From Takakia lepidozioides (Eukaryota > Plantae > Bryophyta): DNA of 64,000 bases. This document shows positions 23,583 through 36,798 of this stretch, piece after piece. Location of the stretch: the NCBI GenBank assembly GCA_030704615.1, contig CM060734.1:60078001-60142000 (forward strand), in the 5' to 3' direction. The translations under genes were made by a program, and so were the position numbers. The notes under the pieces were generated by a model that was not told the DNA's origin, searched no databases, and worked only from the letters and a program-made list of their open reading frames with translations. The first letter of the stretch is position 1, and every line of letters starts with the position of its first letter.

Positions 23583-26500
23583 ATGGCGCAGGGTGGCTGG
23601 GTGGACAAACTCGGGACTCTGCCTGGACTTGCTGAGGAGGAAAGGGGCGTTATACTTTGGCGTCTTATGAGCTATGAGGATAAGGGTGGGAAACCAGAGC
23701 GCTACTTCCCCCCACGTTGGACAGATGTTGCGATTGTCGCACTCCTGAAGCAGGCATTCCTACCAGCTCCTGTTCCTGCTCCTGGTATGTTTCACTCCCA
23801 GCTGCTTTATTGGATAGGTTTTGTAGACTCTTTGCCGCTTTATTGGATAGATGTCTTTTTGCTCCATTCTTATTCACGGTTGTTTATTATTTGTATGTGG
23901 AATTCTGGTTGCCGACACACTCGTTTTGGAGTAAGGGTTTTCACAAGGATTATATGCATTGCACTGCTTCTTGGAAATGTCTGGCCGTGAACCTTTGTGG
24001 GCACTTTTCGTGCGAGGTCAGAGGGCAAGCCCTTCTGAATCTCTTGAAGCGCATTGGTCGGTCAGATTGCGGCAGATGATGGCAGGTTTAAAGTGTTGTG
24101 TGGCCTGAAACCCTAACTCTAAGCCATCATTTTGGTAGTTCACTTGTGAGTGATTGCCGTCCTTGCATCCACTTCTATTTTTATTGTGAGGGAGAGGGAG
24201 TCTTCCTTTGTGTCTCTGGAGCTCTCTTGGATATTTTGCATCCATAACCATAACCGAAACAGTTTTGGACGGGCTCAATGGCATCCCAAGAGTATGTACA
24301 GGGTTAGGGTTTCAAATCTTCATCTGATTTTTGTGACGTCTCTTGCTTCTTGGTTGAACGGTGTTGTGTCTGTCTTCGCAGCCTACTTTCTGTGTGGGAT
24401 TGTTGGTTATGGAAACCATGGTTGTGGTTTAGGGTGTCAGATAGTGCGTCAAGGAGGGAGTCTGGTGAGTGTAAGTTTGTAGGGTTTGCTACCAATGTGT
24501 GAAGAATGAGTTTCTGTTCCCTCTTCAGTACTTTGATGCATGTGACCTGCGAATCAGTAGTGTTCTTCAAACCTTTACAATTTCTTGAGTACCATCTTCA
24601 GAGGATAGAAAGCTCTACAACAGCAGTTTCATCAGTAATTCCATGGTAAGAGTTTGGATGAATGCAGATCTTTGGAAATTTGACAAAATCTGACATATTT
24701 GCAGGGGGAGAGAGATCTGCGAAGAGATTGAAAACCTTTTCAGGTAGAGCTACTCTGTTACTTGGCCTTCCCTTCCATGTTCCCCTTCTCTTTGCATTTT
24801 CTTTGGTCATAGGCTTTGTTGGTGTATCTTTTGTATTGTTCAATTATTTGCAAGATAGGATGCTCTTATTTTTCTTCAGATACATGGATCTGTCAGGAGT
24901 GACGGAAAGTGTGTGGGTTTTGCTTACAGAATCAGTGGAGGTGGTTATGCAAGAATGGAAATTGAAATTTCCTGAGTTTTTGGACACGTTCAAAAAGATG
25001 GGGTGCAAGTTGTCTATACAGAACGGTGTGCCACTCGACCACCGTGGTTATCCAAGCATTTTACTGGATAAATTAACTGCTCGTTGGACTGAAGATGTTG
25101 GTGATTTGTGGGAACGAGCGAATGATTGCTCGACTGGTGTTGTGCCAGTTGTTGGAGTGAGTGGGAGTGGGAAAACTCGGTTTCTTTACGAGCTGATTGC
25201 AGAGAAGTGGGGTTTTTTTTGGACAGCTAAAACCAAAGGAAACGGTGGGTCAGATGATGTCGCCTCTGTGAGTTCTCACGAGATAGAGGTCGATAAGGCA
25301 ATGAATCACAGGAATGTGATGAAACGTATGAGGTGTGCCATTCTTTCAAGGTTGTTAATCTTGGAATTTTGTCACCAAGAAATTCCTGATTTGAGTCCTC
25401 TGCAATGGCTCATGCTCCAGGTGCAATTCCGTGCTTTCCTTGGTGCAGATCGTAACGATCTATATGATGTGCTTACTCGGGAACTTTTTGATGTGGTTAC
25501 TTCCCTGGAAGATTCAGAGGGGCTAAATGCTAGGATAAAAAAACTGTGGACGGATTTAGAGAGGAAGGTTGGCACTTTCACTGTAGTTCTGGATGAAGCG
25601 CAGGTGTTGGGAAGGACAAATGTAAATGACTACGAATCCCCCGAGACGAAAGAGCTAAGGTCCATTTTTTCTCCGTTGATCAAAGCCCTAGTGCGGCCAT
25701 CTACATCGTTGCCAAAGCAGAAAGTATTTGTTGCTGGTACAGGTGTCAGCTTTTTGAAGCTGGAAGCGGACATAGGTTCGCTGATTGCAAAAGAAGGGGG
25801 TGGTGGCCCGGTTCAATTTTCTTCTGCTCCATTTTCTTCATGGACAGATGTGCGTCAGGTTCTGAAATTCTGCAGTGAGTACCTGAAGCTAGAGGATGAT
25901 CATATGGAGGACAATGCCCAGTATCTGCTGGAAAAGTTCAGAGGCCGTCGAAGGTGTTTGGTAAGTTGTGTCGAGCGCCTTCTGAAGAAGGCTGGAGGAA
26001 GATGGGATATAACCGTAGTAGACAACTATTTCAAGGAGATCACAAGCGACACCAATGACAGCACTTCCATTTATTATGCTGTGAGCGCTCTGTGTGGAGC
26101 AAAAGGCACATTTGTCCTGAAAGGAAATCATTCAATGGTGCTTCCTTGGTGCAAAGAATAGGAACCTCCTTTGCCTATGCAGGGAGGGGAGAACATACCG
26201 TTTCAACGGACGGAGATATGACTTTGCTCGAGTGTGGCCTTGGACAGCTACACCATTCAACAGGTTCCCAATTCACTTTCTCTATAGTCGAACCGACAGT
26301 CCATCATAGCATCATGAACTACTTGACGAACAACCATTCATTTGAGAAATCACTCAAAGACTACATGGTTAATTGCAAGGATGATCCCAGTGCAATGGGT
26401 AGGGCATGGGAGAAACTTTTCACAGTTCATGTGGCCAAGCTGTTTGACGGCACAAAATTGTTGGCCGATATGTGCTGTTTCAAGGATGCAACCCTGCCTC

Positions 26501-26979
26501 CAAAATTCGCAAGGGACAAGCCAACGATTACCGGTGAAGGTGAAGGAGTGTGGAGGGAGTCATATAGGATCCACACCGTAAGTAAATTTCTTGATGCTGA
26601 AGAGAAATCTCGTCCGCCATGCCTCATTTTTGACGACAGATCTGGAGCTGATGTTCTTTTTGTTGTGAGACTTGGGAATTTGAAGATTCCCGTCTTCTGT
26701 CAACTGAAGCTGCGATCTGAGGTGCGGTGGGCTAGAGCAGTGGCAACTACAGATCCGGAACAGATGTACAAGAATAGTTCCGAGTCCAAAACGAGGGTGC
26801 TTGCCGCATGCAAAGATGGTTGCATCAGCTTGGTAGTTGCCTATCCTGCAAAGAAGCCAGCTAAACTCCAATCTGAATGCCAAGATAATCGTTTAATTGG
26901 CTATATTGGACAGGTAGAAGCGGAGGATTTGTTTGACCGTGTGTTATGTGATTTCTTACGTTCTATCAAGGAGTATTGA
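23583..26979 (+). CDS. Crinkler-like (CR) effector: header + P-loop NTPase + PD-(D/E)xK REase, one frameshift near 26125
   Basis: Walker A GVSGSGKT followed by WGFFWT..GSDD, Walker B VVLDEAQ, AGTG, then MG.AWE, GADVLF and FCQLK. A putative header exon starts at 23583 (MAQGGW..); the header exon structure is uncertain. Copy 2 shows that a 1-nt deletion causes the frameshift. Confidence 0.7.
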
Positions 26980-27575
26980 GAAGGTGAGATTCATTGGGAT
27001 ACTGGCTCTATTTTTTTGTGTTTGGTGACATTTCTATATTCTCTTGTTGCTGTCACACCTTTCCACGCTATAGAAGTATACTACTAAGTTAGACTGCTTC
27101 TGTATTCAACCATGGACCAACTTCAAGAACCTGTGAAAAAGGGACACAAATTAATGACAAGTATGTTTTCATGAACCAATCAATGAGTTCATCAGCTTTG
27201 TGTTACACTGCATGATACGATGGTGTGACATGTTTGCAGGATATTCCAGAATAATTTTGTTTCCAGGGGAGTCGGCAGGTCAATTGGTTCAACACCAAGG
27301 CGTGGTTGTGTGTTGTAGTGCACTGGGCATCAGGTGCCATTGAGAATTGAGATTAGGTGTGAATATTCTTGAAGTTGTGTTTTGGCTACACTTGGCGGTG
27401 AGTCAAGTGAACCAAATAGCGTTAAGATAGACTTCTACTAGGAGTTGTAGACCAGAGTTTTTCATATCATTGGAAGATGTGCAGGCACAGTATCAGATTC
27501 CTTAAGGTGGCTTCTCTGCAGTGATTTCCGCGATCACTTTTGATTTTTTGTGATTTACCATTTTGAAATTAAAAA

Positions 27576-27805
27576 CCAACAGTCGGTAGCTCAGTTGGCT
27601 AAGTGCACTAAGTGCGACCGACTCTGGGGTCGAATCTTGCTACTGACGGGTGTGGCATACACTTCTCCCCGGTTCCTGGTCCTGGCGGAAAGAGGTTATT
27701 TTCTCCTCTCACTGTTAAGGGGCCTGATTTGTGAGCTGTCGCCCCCCAGGTGTTCCCCTTTTTTTAAGAAAAAACAATAAAGTAAAATAAAATAAAAGAA
27801 TAAAT
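27576..27805 (+). mobile_element. Probable tRNA-derived SINE
   Basis: Box A TAGCTCAGTTGG (27587), box B-like GGGTCGAATCT (27627), a non-tRNA body and an A-rich tail. No clear TSD. Confidence 0.5.
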
Positions 27806-29109
27806 ACAAATACGTGAAGAATACAAATATATGAAGAGGTACAAATACATGAGGAAATCAAAAGTGCTTTTCATTTCGGAACAAAGGGAGTAAAAGTTGA
27901 AAACCATTATTTAGAGTTCACCTTATTTGTGTCACTATGCACTAGTAATGTACAAGTCAAAAAATTTAATGTAAGACATTGATATATAGTGACCTACAAA
28001 GTTGCACAAATAGCTGGGTGATTTTTACATTTTGGAGCCGGGCTGCATGCAGGAGCGGGCTGCCCTTCAATTTTCTTAGAGCCCGGCTAAACCGGCAAAT
28101 CGCAGATCTCATAACGGGGCACCGCCACCTCGTGCATGTCAGGAAACGGGGCCTCCACTTGCTGACTGGAGAATGTCTGTCTCTGCGTTGCAAGGGAAAC
28201 TCCGCTTCAAGGTTTTTAGTCGGTGCTCTTCTTTCCAATTCCATACCACCTTGCAATCTTTGCGTTCCTCTCCTGTTTTTCATTTGTTTTTGTTTTGATT
28301 CTCCACTGCAATCACACGCCACATTTTCATGTATTTCGTTTCTGTCACCCCAACATTTCCTCTCCAAGCATTTATTGCTCAATTCCCCATCTCCGATTGC
28401 ATAGGGGTTCTTGCAACCCTAGCTGTCCGTGCATAGGGCCATGGAGGAGGAGGATGCGGATCTTGATCGTGGCTTTCGTTTCGATCATTGTTCGGGAAGC
28501 GCAAGCGGACCAGTCAAAGGCGGAGAGCGGCTGTGCTCAGCGACTTAGGCAGGAGTCCTCATATGCAGTATCACGCTATATCTCTCGTCCGTGAGACATT
28601 CCACAATGGAAATCGTTCGAAAATTGAGCATAGTTTCCGATTTTGTGATTGAAGTGAAACCTAATTTTTTTGCTGTTGTCAAAAGTAAGGTGATCGTACC
28701 AAAATAAGTGATATATTAATCACTGGGCATAGTTACTACTATTAGAATGGTCAAGTTTTTGTATATTTTTGTTAGCAAATTAAAGTGGATTCCAATGCAG
28801 CAAAGAATGCGTGGATTCAAAAATCATAAGGTTTCGAAGTTTTTTGTTAGGTGACTTAGAACCGACGCAAGTTTTTATGTCAAGGTGGTGGACATTTTCA
28901 AAATTAATTTGTACTCATCGTGAAAGATTTTAGGTCTGAATTAAATACCTCTACCTTATTTAACCTTTAAGTTCCCAAGCCCTTTTCTTGATTTTTTACC
29001 AATTTTTGGTACCCAGCTGCAGTAAATTGCCCCTAGAAACCTACCAAAAATCATCCAGAGATTCCAGCCATATAGCAGTGGGCTAGCTCATTTATGCATG
29101 CAATACCAA

Positions 29110-30180
29110 AAATGAGCAGAGTCCATGAACACTTAGCTCAGTATTTAAGCACCCTGGAATTTCCCCGAGGATTGGATCGACATGCGCGATGAAGGCTTCG
29201 ACTGCGCAACATGAAGTTTGCTCTTGTGGGAGGGCAATTTTATAGAAGGGGATTGGATAGACTCTTGAGCCGATGCATCACCCCGGAGGAGGTTCCCCAG
29301 ATTTTAGAGTCAGCCCATGATAGCATGTGCGGAGGACGCTTTGCAGGGCGGCTCACAGTGCAAAAGGCTTTGAGGGTAGGATACTACTGGCCCTCCATGT
29401 TCAAAGATGCGCACATGCATGTGCGAAAATGCGACTCTTGTCAAAGGTACGCCAAGCGAAATAACAGGCTCGGAATGCCGTTAGTCCCACTCTCCCCCTT
29501 GCTCCGTTTGAGAAGTGGGGGATCGACTATGTAGGGGAAGTGCACCCTGCATCGAGTCGACAAAATCGCTACATCATTATAGCCACTAGATATCTGACCA
29601 AGTGGGCAGAAGCCAAAGCGGTTAAGAGAGCCAACGCAAAGGTAACCGCCTCTTTCATTTATGAATATATCATTTCCCGATTCGGATGCCCAAAAGAGAT
29701 AGTGAGTGACAGAGGATCTCACTTCATCAACGACATCATCGAGGAAATGATGGTGGCATTCTCCATCAAGCATCACAATGCGACCCTTTATCAAACGAGT
29801 GGGCAGGTGGAGCGCGCCAACCAAACCCTGTGCAACATTATCTCCAAGACAATCAGGGAGCACAAAAGGGATTGGGACACCAAGTTAATTTCGGCCTTGT
29901 GGGCATTTCGCACAACCCATAAGGTAACTACTCGACATACCCCCTTTTCATTGGTTTATGGGGTAGAGTTCATCATGCCAATCGAGACAGAAATCCCATC
30001 TCTACGATTGGCCATTACCGAACGATTGGCGACAATCAGAGTCATTAAAGGAACGACTCGAGATGTTGGAAGGACTGGATGAAATCCGGCAAGCAGCAGC
30101 TCAGCACATTGAGGCAGTTGCAACGGCGAAGGAAGGCTCGCTTCGATGCTAAGCGCAAAAAGAGAATCTTCGATCCATGG
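29110..30180 (+). pseudogene. Ty3/gypsy integrase fragment (separate non-chromovirus family)
   Basis: H..CGG.FAG, GYYWPSMFKDA..CDSCQR, SDRGSHF, SGQVERAN, with frameshifts. Confidence 0.88.
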
Positions 30181-30833
30181 ATTGTTTCTTTGGAGTCACC
30201 GACAATGCTACCCAGCACACCTGGGAGGGTAGGGGCTTTGCACCGTGGCAATTGTGAGATTATACCGTTGGCCCAGACCTCAAATATCAGGTCCCAAAGA
30301 AAAAGTGAGAAAAAAATTGGTTTGACCAAATTAAAACCTAGCTTTATCCAATTTTGCTTGCCCCAAGACCCACCATTTCCAAATCAAAAGTGGAGTGGCT
30401 ATGACCCCATCAAATTGCAGGTCCAAGGGTTTAGGGTTCAAGGTGGTCAACAAAGGCTTGCAAAGGTAACAAAAAGTAGAAAAAATACTGGAAAAAAAAA
30501 TAAATTTTAAGGGGGGCCGGTTCGGACCCAAATACAAATGCAACGAAAACCAAGACAAATGCATACAAAGTGCGCCTATCGTGCCTAAAGGGATGCTATA
30601 AGACTATTATGTCTTATGCAAGGACTCTCGCCCTCACGAGATAAGGTTCTCTAATTGAAGAATGAGGCACTTTCGCTCCAACTGTAAGCTTTTTTATGTT
30701 TGCTCCTCCTTGTTTAGCGACAAAAATCTTGCTCACTATGGGCAAGCATGCGCTCAAAGCACTCACAAACATAGGGTCAAGTCTCAACCCCTAGTTGGAA
30801 AACTTATATGCCCCACCTTCAAAAAGAGGTTCG

Positions 30834-31496
30834 TGTCAAGGACGAAAACATGACTGAACTAAGAGATAAGACTAGAGATACAAGGCTAGACAAGAAGTCA
30901 AGGTCGGCGTGGCCGAATGCACGATAAGTAAATAAGAATCAAGACGATCTTTATAACAATGAACAAGAGTACAAGATATTGGAACACGACTTGAGTACCA
31001 GATATTGGAAACTGGACTGGAGTACCAGATACTGGAAACTAGACTGGAGTACCAGATATTGGAAACTGGGCTAGGGTACTGAGAACTGGACTGAAGTACT
31101 GGGAATTGGAAACAAGAGTAGCTTGAACTGGTGTTGGCGAGACTGAAGAGTGTCCAGTCTCGCCTCCTATATATATTGGCTACTAAGAAACTTCCTTAAG
31201 AAGCTTCCCCTATGGAGGTGGCTTGTTGGAGAAGTTTCTAAGATTAAACAAAAGTTTCTTGATGGAGAAACTTCCTTAAACAAATGAGGTATCTTGATGG
31301 AGAAGTTTCCTCCAAAGGAAGCTTCCTGAGTAGTTTCCCAAGTTACTCTTGGTAATTTGGTAAACTCCCGGTAACTTGGTAAGTAATGGTAAATCATGGT
31401 AGATCATGATAAATCATGGTAATTTTCGGTAACATGATAACTTGGTAATTTCTGGTATTTATTTCTGGTAAGTTCTTCTGGGCTATGTCCGTGACA
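30834..31496 (-). repeat. 3' LTR of the Tcn1-like element
   Basis: TG..CA termini, ~27-bp internal tandem repeats (GAGTACCAGATATTGGAAACTGGACTG), direct repeat of 36659-36798. Confidence 0.88.
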
Positions 31497-32104
31497 TCAC
31501 CCCCTCCTCTAGCGCCGAGTTCCTCGAGGAGCGGTAAAATCTTGGACTTGCTTAGTGTTGGAGAAAATCCAAAATCCGACGAATGATACTTGCCAAGTAT
31601 TCGATTCTTCGTTCTTGACTCAAATGATTTATAGGTCCCTGCAACCATCGATAGTGTCCAACACCTTGAACTTGGGACCACGCAGTGATTTGAGCATTCT
31701 GATTTTCGAAACTGCCTTCAAACATGATTTCATTGCCCCCTAGGTCCGAAGCCTCAACCTCCAACAGAATTATCAGACTTCGAGTAGGCTCCACATGCCG
31801 TCGTACGGGGTCCAGACGAAGAAGTACGCGTCGCATTGGTGGCCCATCGTCTCGAGAGCGTCGGCGTGATGTTTAAGGTCGTGAGAGTCGGAATGGCTGA
31901 TCTGGTAGCTGGGTAAGCGACAACTCTAATGTATCTGGTTCCTGCGACTCCATACTGCCAATACAAGATGCAAGAGTGCTGGAAGTGTAGCTATATATAC
32001 TGATGTGTGGTGTTCATCCCTCCTTAGCGTGTATCAGGTACATTGAATGCGGAGTCTTCACCTTGAAGCTAAGTTGGCTGACATCATCGTTGTGACGTCT
32101 TATT

Positions 32105-35100
32105 AACGTGTAGCTCGGGGCTTAGCTGGATATCGTTGATGAAACTCTTGGACTTTGTCAGATGCATTGGCGAGGTTGGATGAAGGTTCCCACGTTCGTT
32201 TGCTGATGTCGTAGCCTTACCAATGTACGAAATACTCAAGATGTTTATACTTGATGCGAGAGTCTAGGACTTCGTCGACTTCATACTCAATTTCCTGATT
32301 GTCTTCGATTGGTGGAGGTGGTACGGAAACTCTCCCTGGAATATTCGATGGATGATACAACTCCAATAATGAAACATGAAAGACTGGATGGATGCGCATA
32401 CTTCGTGGGAATTCAAGCCGAAAACTGACCGGATTTATTTGTCGAATAATTTTGAATGGGCCCAGTCTTGATGGTCGCGAGGTTTGTATGTCCCGTCGAA
32501 GAAGCCACACACGATCTCTGACCTTGAACTGGGGTTGGAGTTGGCGACGTTGATCTGCATACTCCTTGTATTGTTTTTGAGCTTCGGCGAGGTGGAATGT
32601 AAGCTCCTTGTGAATCGTAGCAAGATGAGTAGCAAGGTTTTCTGCAGCAAAGCTTCCAACAGTCTTCATGTGGAAAGGATTGCTCGAGGATAATGACCAT
32701 AATTGGAGAAAAGTGGAGTTTGCTGGGTCGAAGAATGTATAGCGTTGTTGTAGGCAAACTCAGCCAATGACAGAAGGTCCGTCCAATTATCTTGGTGATA
32801 ATTGATCGTACAGCGAAGATACTGCTCCAAAATCTGGTTTACACGTTCGGTTTGACCATCAGTCTGTGGATGATTAGCTGTAGAAAGGTTGATCTTAGTA
32901 TCCAATATGTGAGATAATCCCCGCCAGAAATTTGATATGAACTGTGGTCCTCGATCAGATACGATGTCCTTTGGGAGTCCATGAATGCGGTAGATATTAT
33001 TGAGGAAGAGTCTTGCAGTTTCCTCGCCGGTAACTGTCTTATTACATGGAATGAAATGTGTCATCTTCGTAAAACGATCTACAATAACAAGGATTGAATC
33101 AGTGGTCTTGGAGATTGGAAGGTCCGTAATAAAGTCCATAGACACGGACGACCATGGACCCTTGGGAATGGATAATGGTTGAAGAAGGCCGTAAGGTCGA
33201 TGTCGTGGTCCTTTCACTCTAGCACACGTGTCGCAAGATTTTATAAATTCTTTCACGAGTTTCCACATCTGCGGCCACCAATAGTCCATGGATATCAATT
33301 CCATTGTTTTGTTGAAGCCGAAATGTCTTGTAGCCGGAAGATCATGACATGTTTGAAGAATTCGAAGTCGTGTAGGTCCTGGAGGTACATAGAGAAGTCC
33401 CTTGAAATAAAGTAAATCATCTTTGAACTCGAAGTCGTTTGTAACATGTAGGTTGTCTCGAGGTCGATTTAGTTGACTTCGTAGTGTCATAGCGAATTGG
33501 TCGCTCTTCGGTGCTTTCTGAATCTCCTTTATGATCTCGGCATCGTCATAGGTGGACATGGATAGCATATTCAATTGGAAATTTGGTGGTTTCAAGATGA
33601 TGGATTTCTGTTGGTCAAAAGTTGCATCTCCTTCCTTTGGCGCAAGATATGATCGTCAAGAAAGAGCATCTGGTTTTCCTTGAAGATGTCCGGGACGGTA
33701 GATAATAACAAAATCAAACCTTACTAGTGACATACTCCATCTCACTTGACGTCGATTCAAAACACGAGCACTCATAAAATATTCGAGGTTTTTGTGATCG
33801 GTATAGACAGTGACCTGATGTTTAGCTCCCTCCAATAGATGACGCCACTCCTCAAAAGCATCGATAATCACTAGAAATTCTTTGTCATGGATCTCATAAT
33901 TGCTCTCCGCAGCGGAAAATTTGTGAGAACGAAAACCAACAGGGTGGAGTCGGCCATATGTACCGTATTGTGAGAGTACCACGCCAAGTGCAAAGTCCGA
34001 TGCATCTGCTTCTAAGAAGAATGGTTTAGATGGGTCTGCATGTACCAGTATTGGAGTTGTTGTAAATGTCTGCTTCAGCCTTTCAAATGCCTGATTAGCC
34101 TTCTCGTCCCATACAAATTTGTCATTCTCTATGAGTCGTATCAATGGTGCAGCAATTTTGGAGTAGTCATTGATGAAGATTCTATAGAAATATGCAAAAC
34201 CCAGAAAACATTGTACATCTCGGACCGAAGTTGGTTTAATCCACTCGATGATGGTTTGTATTTTCTTCTGATCCATAAAGACGCCTTTGTCGGAAATAAT
34301 GTAGCCCAGAAATTCGACCTCAGATTGATGGAAAATACATTTCTCCAACTTGGCATATAGTCCTCTTTCTCTTAATTTATCAAGGACAAGGCGTACATGG
34401 CGGCCATGTTCTTCTTCGTTCTGTGAAAATATCAAAATGTCGTCCAAATAGATGACTACAAAGTCATCCAAAAATTCTCGAAAGATGTCATTCATCATAT
34501 GTTGGAAACTTGCTGGAGCATTTGTAAGACCGAAAGGCATAACACTGTATTCAAAATGTCCATACCTTGTTCGAAAAGTTGTTTTCCATTCGTCTCATTC
34601 TTTTATCCGTACAAGGTTATAAGCTCCTCTCAAGTCGATTTTGATGAAAATCTTCACTCGTCCCAGCTGGTCGAGAAGCCCAGAAATCAGCGGCAACGGA
34701 TAACGATTCTTGATTATGACTTTGTTGAGACCGCGACACACATGCGTAATGATCCGTCCTTCTTTTTCACAAACAAGATAGGCGCCCCCGCGGGTGATTT
34801 GGAATGTCGGATGAAGTGCTTTGACAAATTTTCATCAATGTATTCGTGTAATGCAGCCAACTCCGTCTGGGATAAGTTATAGATTGGGCCGAATGGTGGT
34901 TGGGCTCCTTCTTGTGACTCAATTGCACAGTCATAAGGTCGATGTTCTGGCAATATGTCTGCATTTTTCTTCTCGAAGACATCTTTGAAATCTTGATATT
35001 GAGCGGGTAATGTTGAAGTACCTTTGTCTGTTGTGGTCTTGATCGGAGTCGCATAAAGTGCAAATGCCGCCTCTTTTTTTGTAGCTCTCATGAAGGCTCT

Positions 35101-35601
35101 AGCTCCAAGAAATAGGGGTTGAATACCTTTGGTACTTTTGCATTTTTGTCTTGCCGAAATTTTTCGTGATTGCCAATCGATGTCAGGATTATGAAGTACA
35201 AACCAGGGAAGTCCAAGGATCACAGGATTCGTTGGAGACTGGATGACATCGAAAACAATCTGTGATGCTTGATTTTTAAGCTTCACTTCAAAGGGTCAAG
35301 TTTCATGGTCAACATTTCCTGATGCTAACGGTCGTCCATCGATAACTTCAACAGGGGCCGAGAATTTTTTTCTTACGAGCGTTAAATTGTGTTGCTTCGC
35401 AAAGTCTTTGTCAATAAGACACGTTGAAGCGCCCGAGTCCAAAAGTGCTTCTACGGAGATATCTCGATTTTGCATCCTGATCTTTACTGGAATTGTGAAA
35501 CAAGATACAGGGTCTGGAGGTAGAAAGAGACCTTTTTTTGGTGAGGAATTTGGGGTGTCCAGCCGCATGGTCCCTACTGTGACTGGACATCTTTGTTTTC
35601 C
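32105..35601 (-). pseudogene. pol: pol (protease, RT, RNase H, integrase, chromodomain), with stops and frameshifts
   Basis: LLDSGAS, YLDD, ADASDFA, SMDFITDLP, SDRGPQF, QTDGQTER, chromodomain EYEVDEVLDSR..YFVHW*GY..TWEP. Confidence 0.92.
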
Positions 35602-36620
35602 GACCTTCTCGTATCGAACAATTGAGTGGTGCCCCGAGCTTTGAATCTTCTCTTGTTGGGGCAGTTTAATGTCATGTGATCATTTTCTCCGCAATAAAGG
35701 CATAATCCATTCGAGCGCCGTCTTTGTTTTTCTTGTGGCGTCAATGGCTTGAATCGGACAACATCAATCTGCATAGGATCATTACCGGATGTCTGATGGA
35801 TCGTTGTATTTGGTACCGTAGTAGCAGCGGCATGGTGCGTCGTCAACCATCCAGATCGCTTCTCTTGACGTCTTTCGAACAAACGATTATCGCATGCAAT
35901 GACTTGGGTGATGAATTCGCTCAGTGTACTCACGTTTGGCATTGTCAGCAACAAATCCTTAACATCATCTTTTAAGCCACATCGAAACTGACTAATGATG
36001 CTCTTCTCATTCCAGTCAAGGTCGCACGCAAGTTGTCGAAATTCGGCAGCATAAACGGAAGCTGGACGTGCTCCTTGTCGAAGATTTTGCATCTTTGTCT
36101 CTGCAACTCTCTCTCTATCATCCTCTCCAAACGTTGCAGTGAACTCGGACATGAACGCTTCAAAATTGTATAGTAAATGCGAATTTTTCTCTAATAGCGG
36201 TGCAAACCAAGATAGGGCAGTGCCTGATAGAATGGTGCCCACGAATCCCACTTGAATATCTTCATCAGAGTAGCGTTGTGGATATAGTAGTAGGAACAAT
36301 CGTACTTGTTGAACAAAACCGCGAAATCTTGATCTCGTCCCATCAAATTTCTCGGGCATGCTGACCTTTGGTTCCCTTGTAATCTGTTGAAGATTTGGAG
36401 AAACCGTTGCAGTAGGATTTGTTGTAGTAGGGACTCGTAAGGTTGAAGATCCATTGTTCGACTTCTTCAACTCTGAAATTTGTTGTTGCAAATTGTTGAG
36501 AGCATTGCCAAGGTCTTGAGATTGATCAGCTTGTAGTTGGGCAATAGAGGCACGAATTTCTTGCATCTGGAGTTGAAGACTCTGCAATGTGGCGACCATT
36601 TCCGCAAATGTGCCTTCCAT
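35574..36620 (-). CDS. gag: gag (348 aa, intact frame)
   Basis: Coiled-coil N-terminus, PEKFDGTR, DPMQID, CLYCGENDHMTLNC. Confidence 0.92.
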   Translation of the reverse strand: MEGTFAEMVATLQSLQLQMQEIRASIAQLQADQSQDLGNALNNLQQQISELKKSNNGSSTLRVPTTTNPTATVSPNLQQITREPKVSMPEKFDGTRSRFRGFVQQVRLFLLLYPQRYSDEDIQVGFVGTILSGTALSWFAPLLEKNSHLLYNFEAFMSEFTATFGEDDRERVAETKMQNLRQGARPASVYAAEFRQLACDLDWNEKSIISQFRCGLKDDVKDLLLTMPNVSTLSEFITQVIACDNRLFERRQEKRSGWLTTHHAAATTVPNTTIHQTSGNDPMQIDVVRFKPLTPQEKQRRRSNGLCLYCGENDHMTLNCPNKRRFKARGTTQLFDTRRSENKDVQSQ

Positions 36621-36798
36621 CTTAACTAACTAAGGAACAAACTTTAGTCTCGCCAAACTGTCAAAGACGAGAACATGACTGAACACAAACAAGAGATAAG
36701 ACTAGAGGTACAAGGCTAGACAAGAAGTCAAGGTCGGCGTGGCCGAATGCACGATGAGTAAATAGGAATCAAGACGATCTTTATAACAATGAACAAGA

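Larger units (their letters stand above)
30834..36798 (-). mobile_element. Chromovirus (Tcn1-like) Ty3/gypsy element
   Basis: 3' LTR 30834-31496 (TGTC..GACA) with PPT GAGGAGGGGGTGA. The 5' LTR remnant 36659-36798 matches it. Internal order is gag-PR-RT-RH-INT-chromodomain. Confidence 0.92.

Noticed and set aside
23510-24435. Isolated TTTAGGG/AAACCCTA motifs
   Set aside because: Single telo-box-like copies are common in plant 5' regions and introns; not arrays.
27900-29100. ORFs 27966..28594 on both strands
   Set aside because: No domain signal; probably non-coding TE sequence.
31552-31966. Short ORFs in the Tcn1-like 3' UTR as a possible env
   Set aside because: Under 100 aa, no TM or signal peptide, and no second copy to test conservation.
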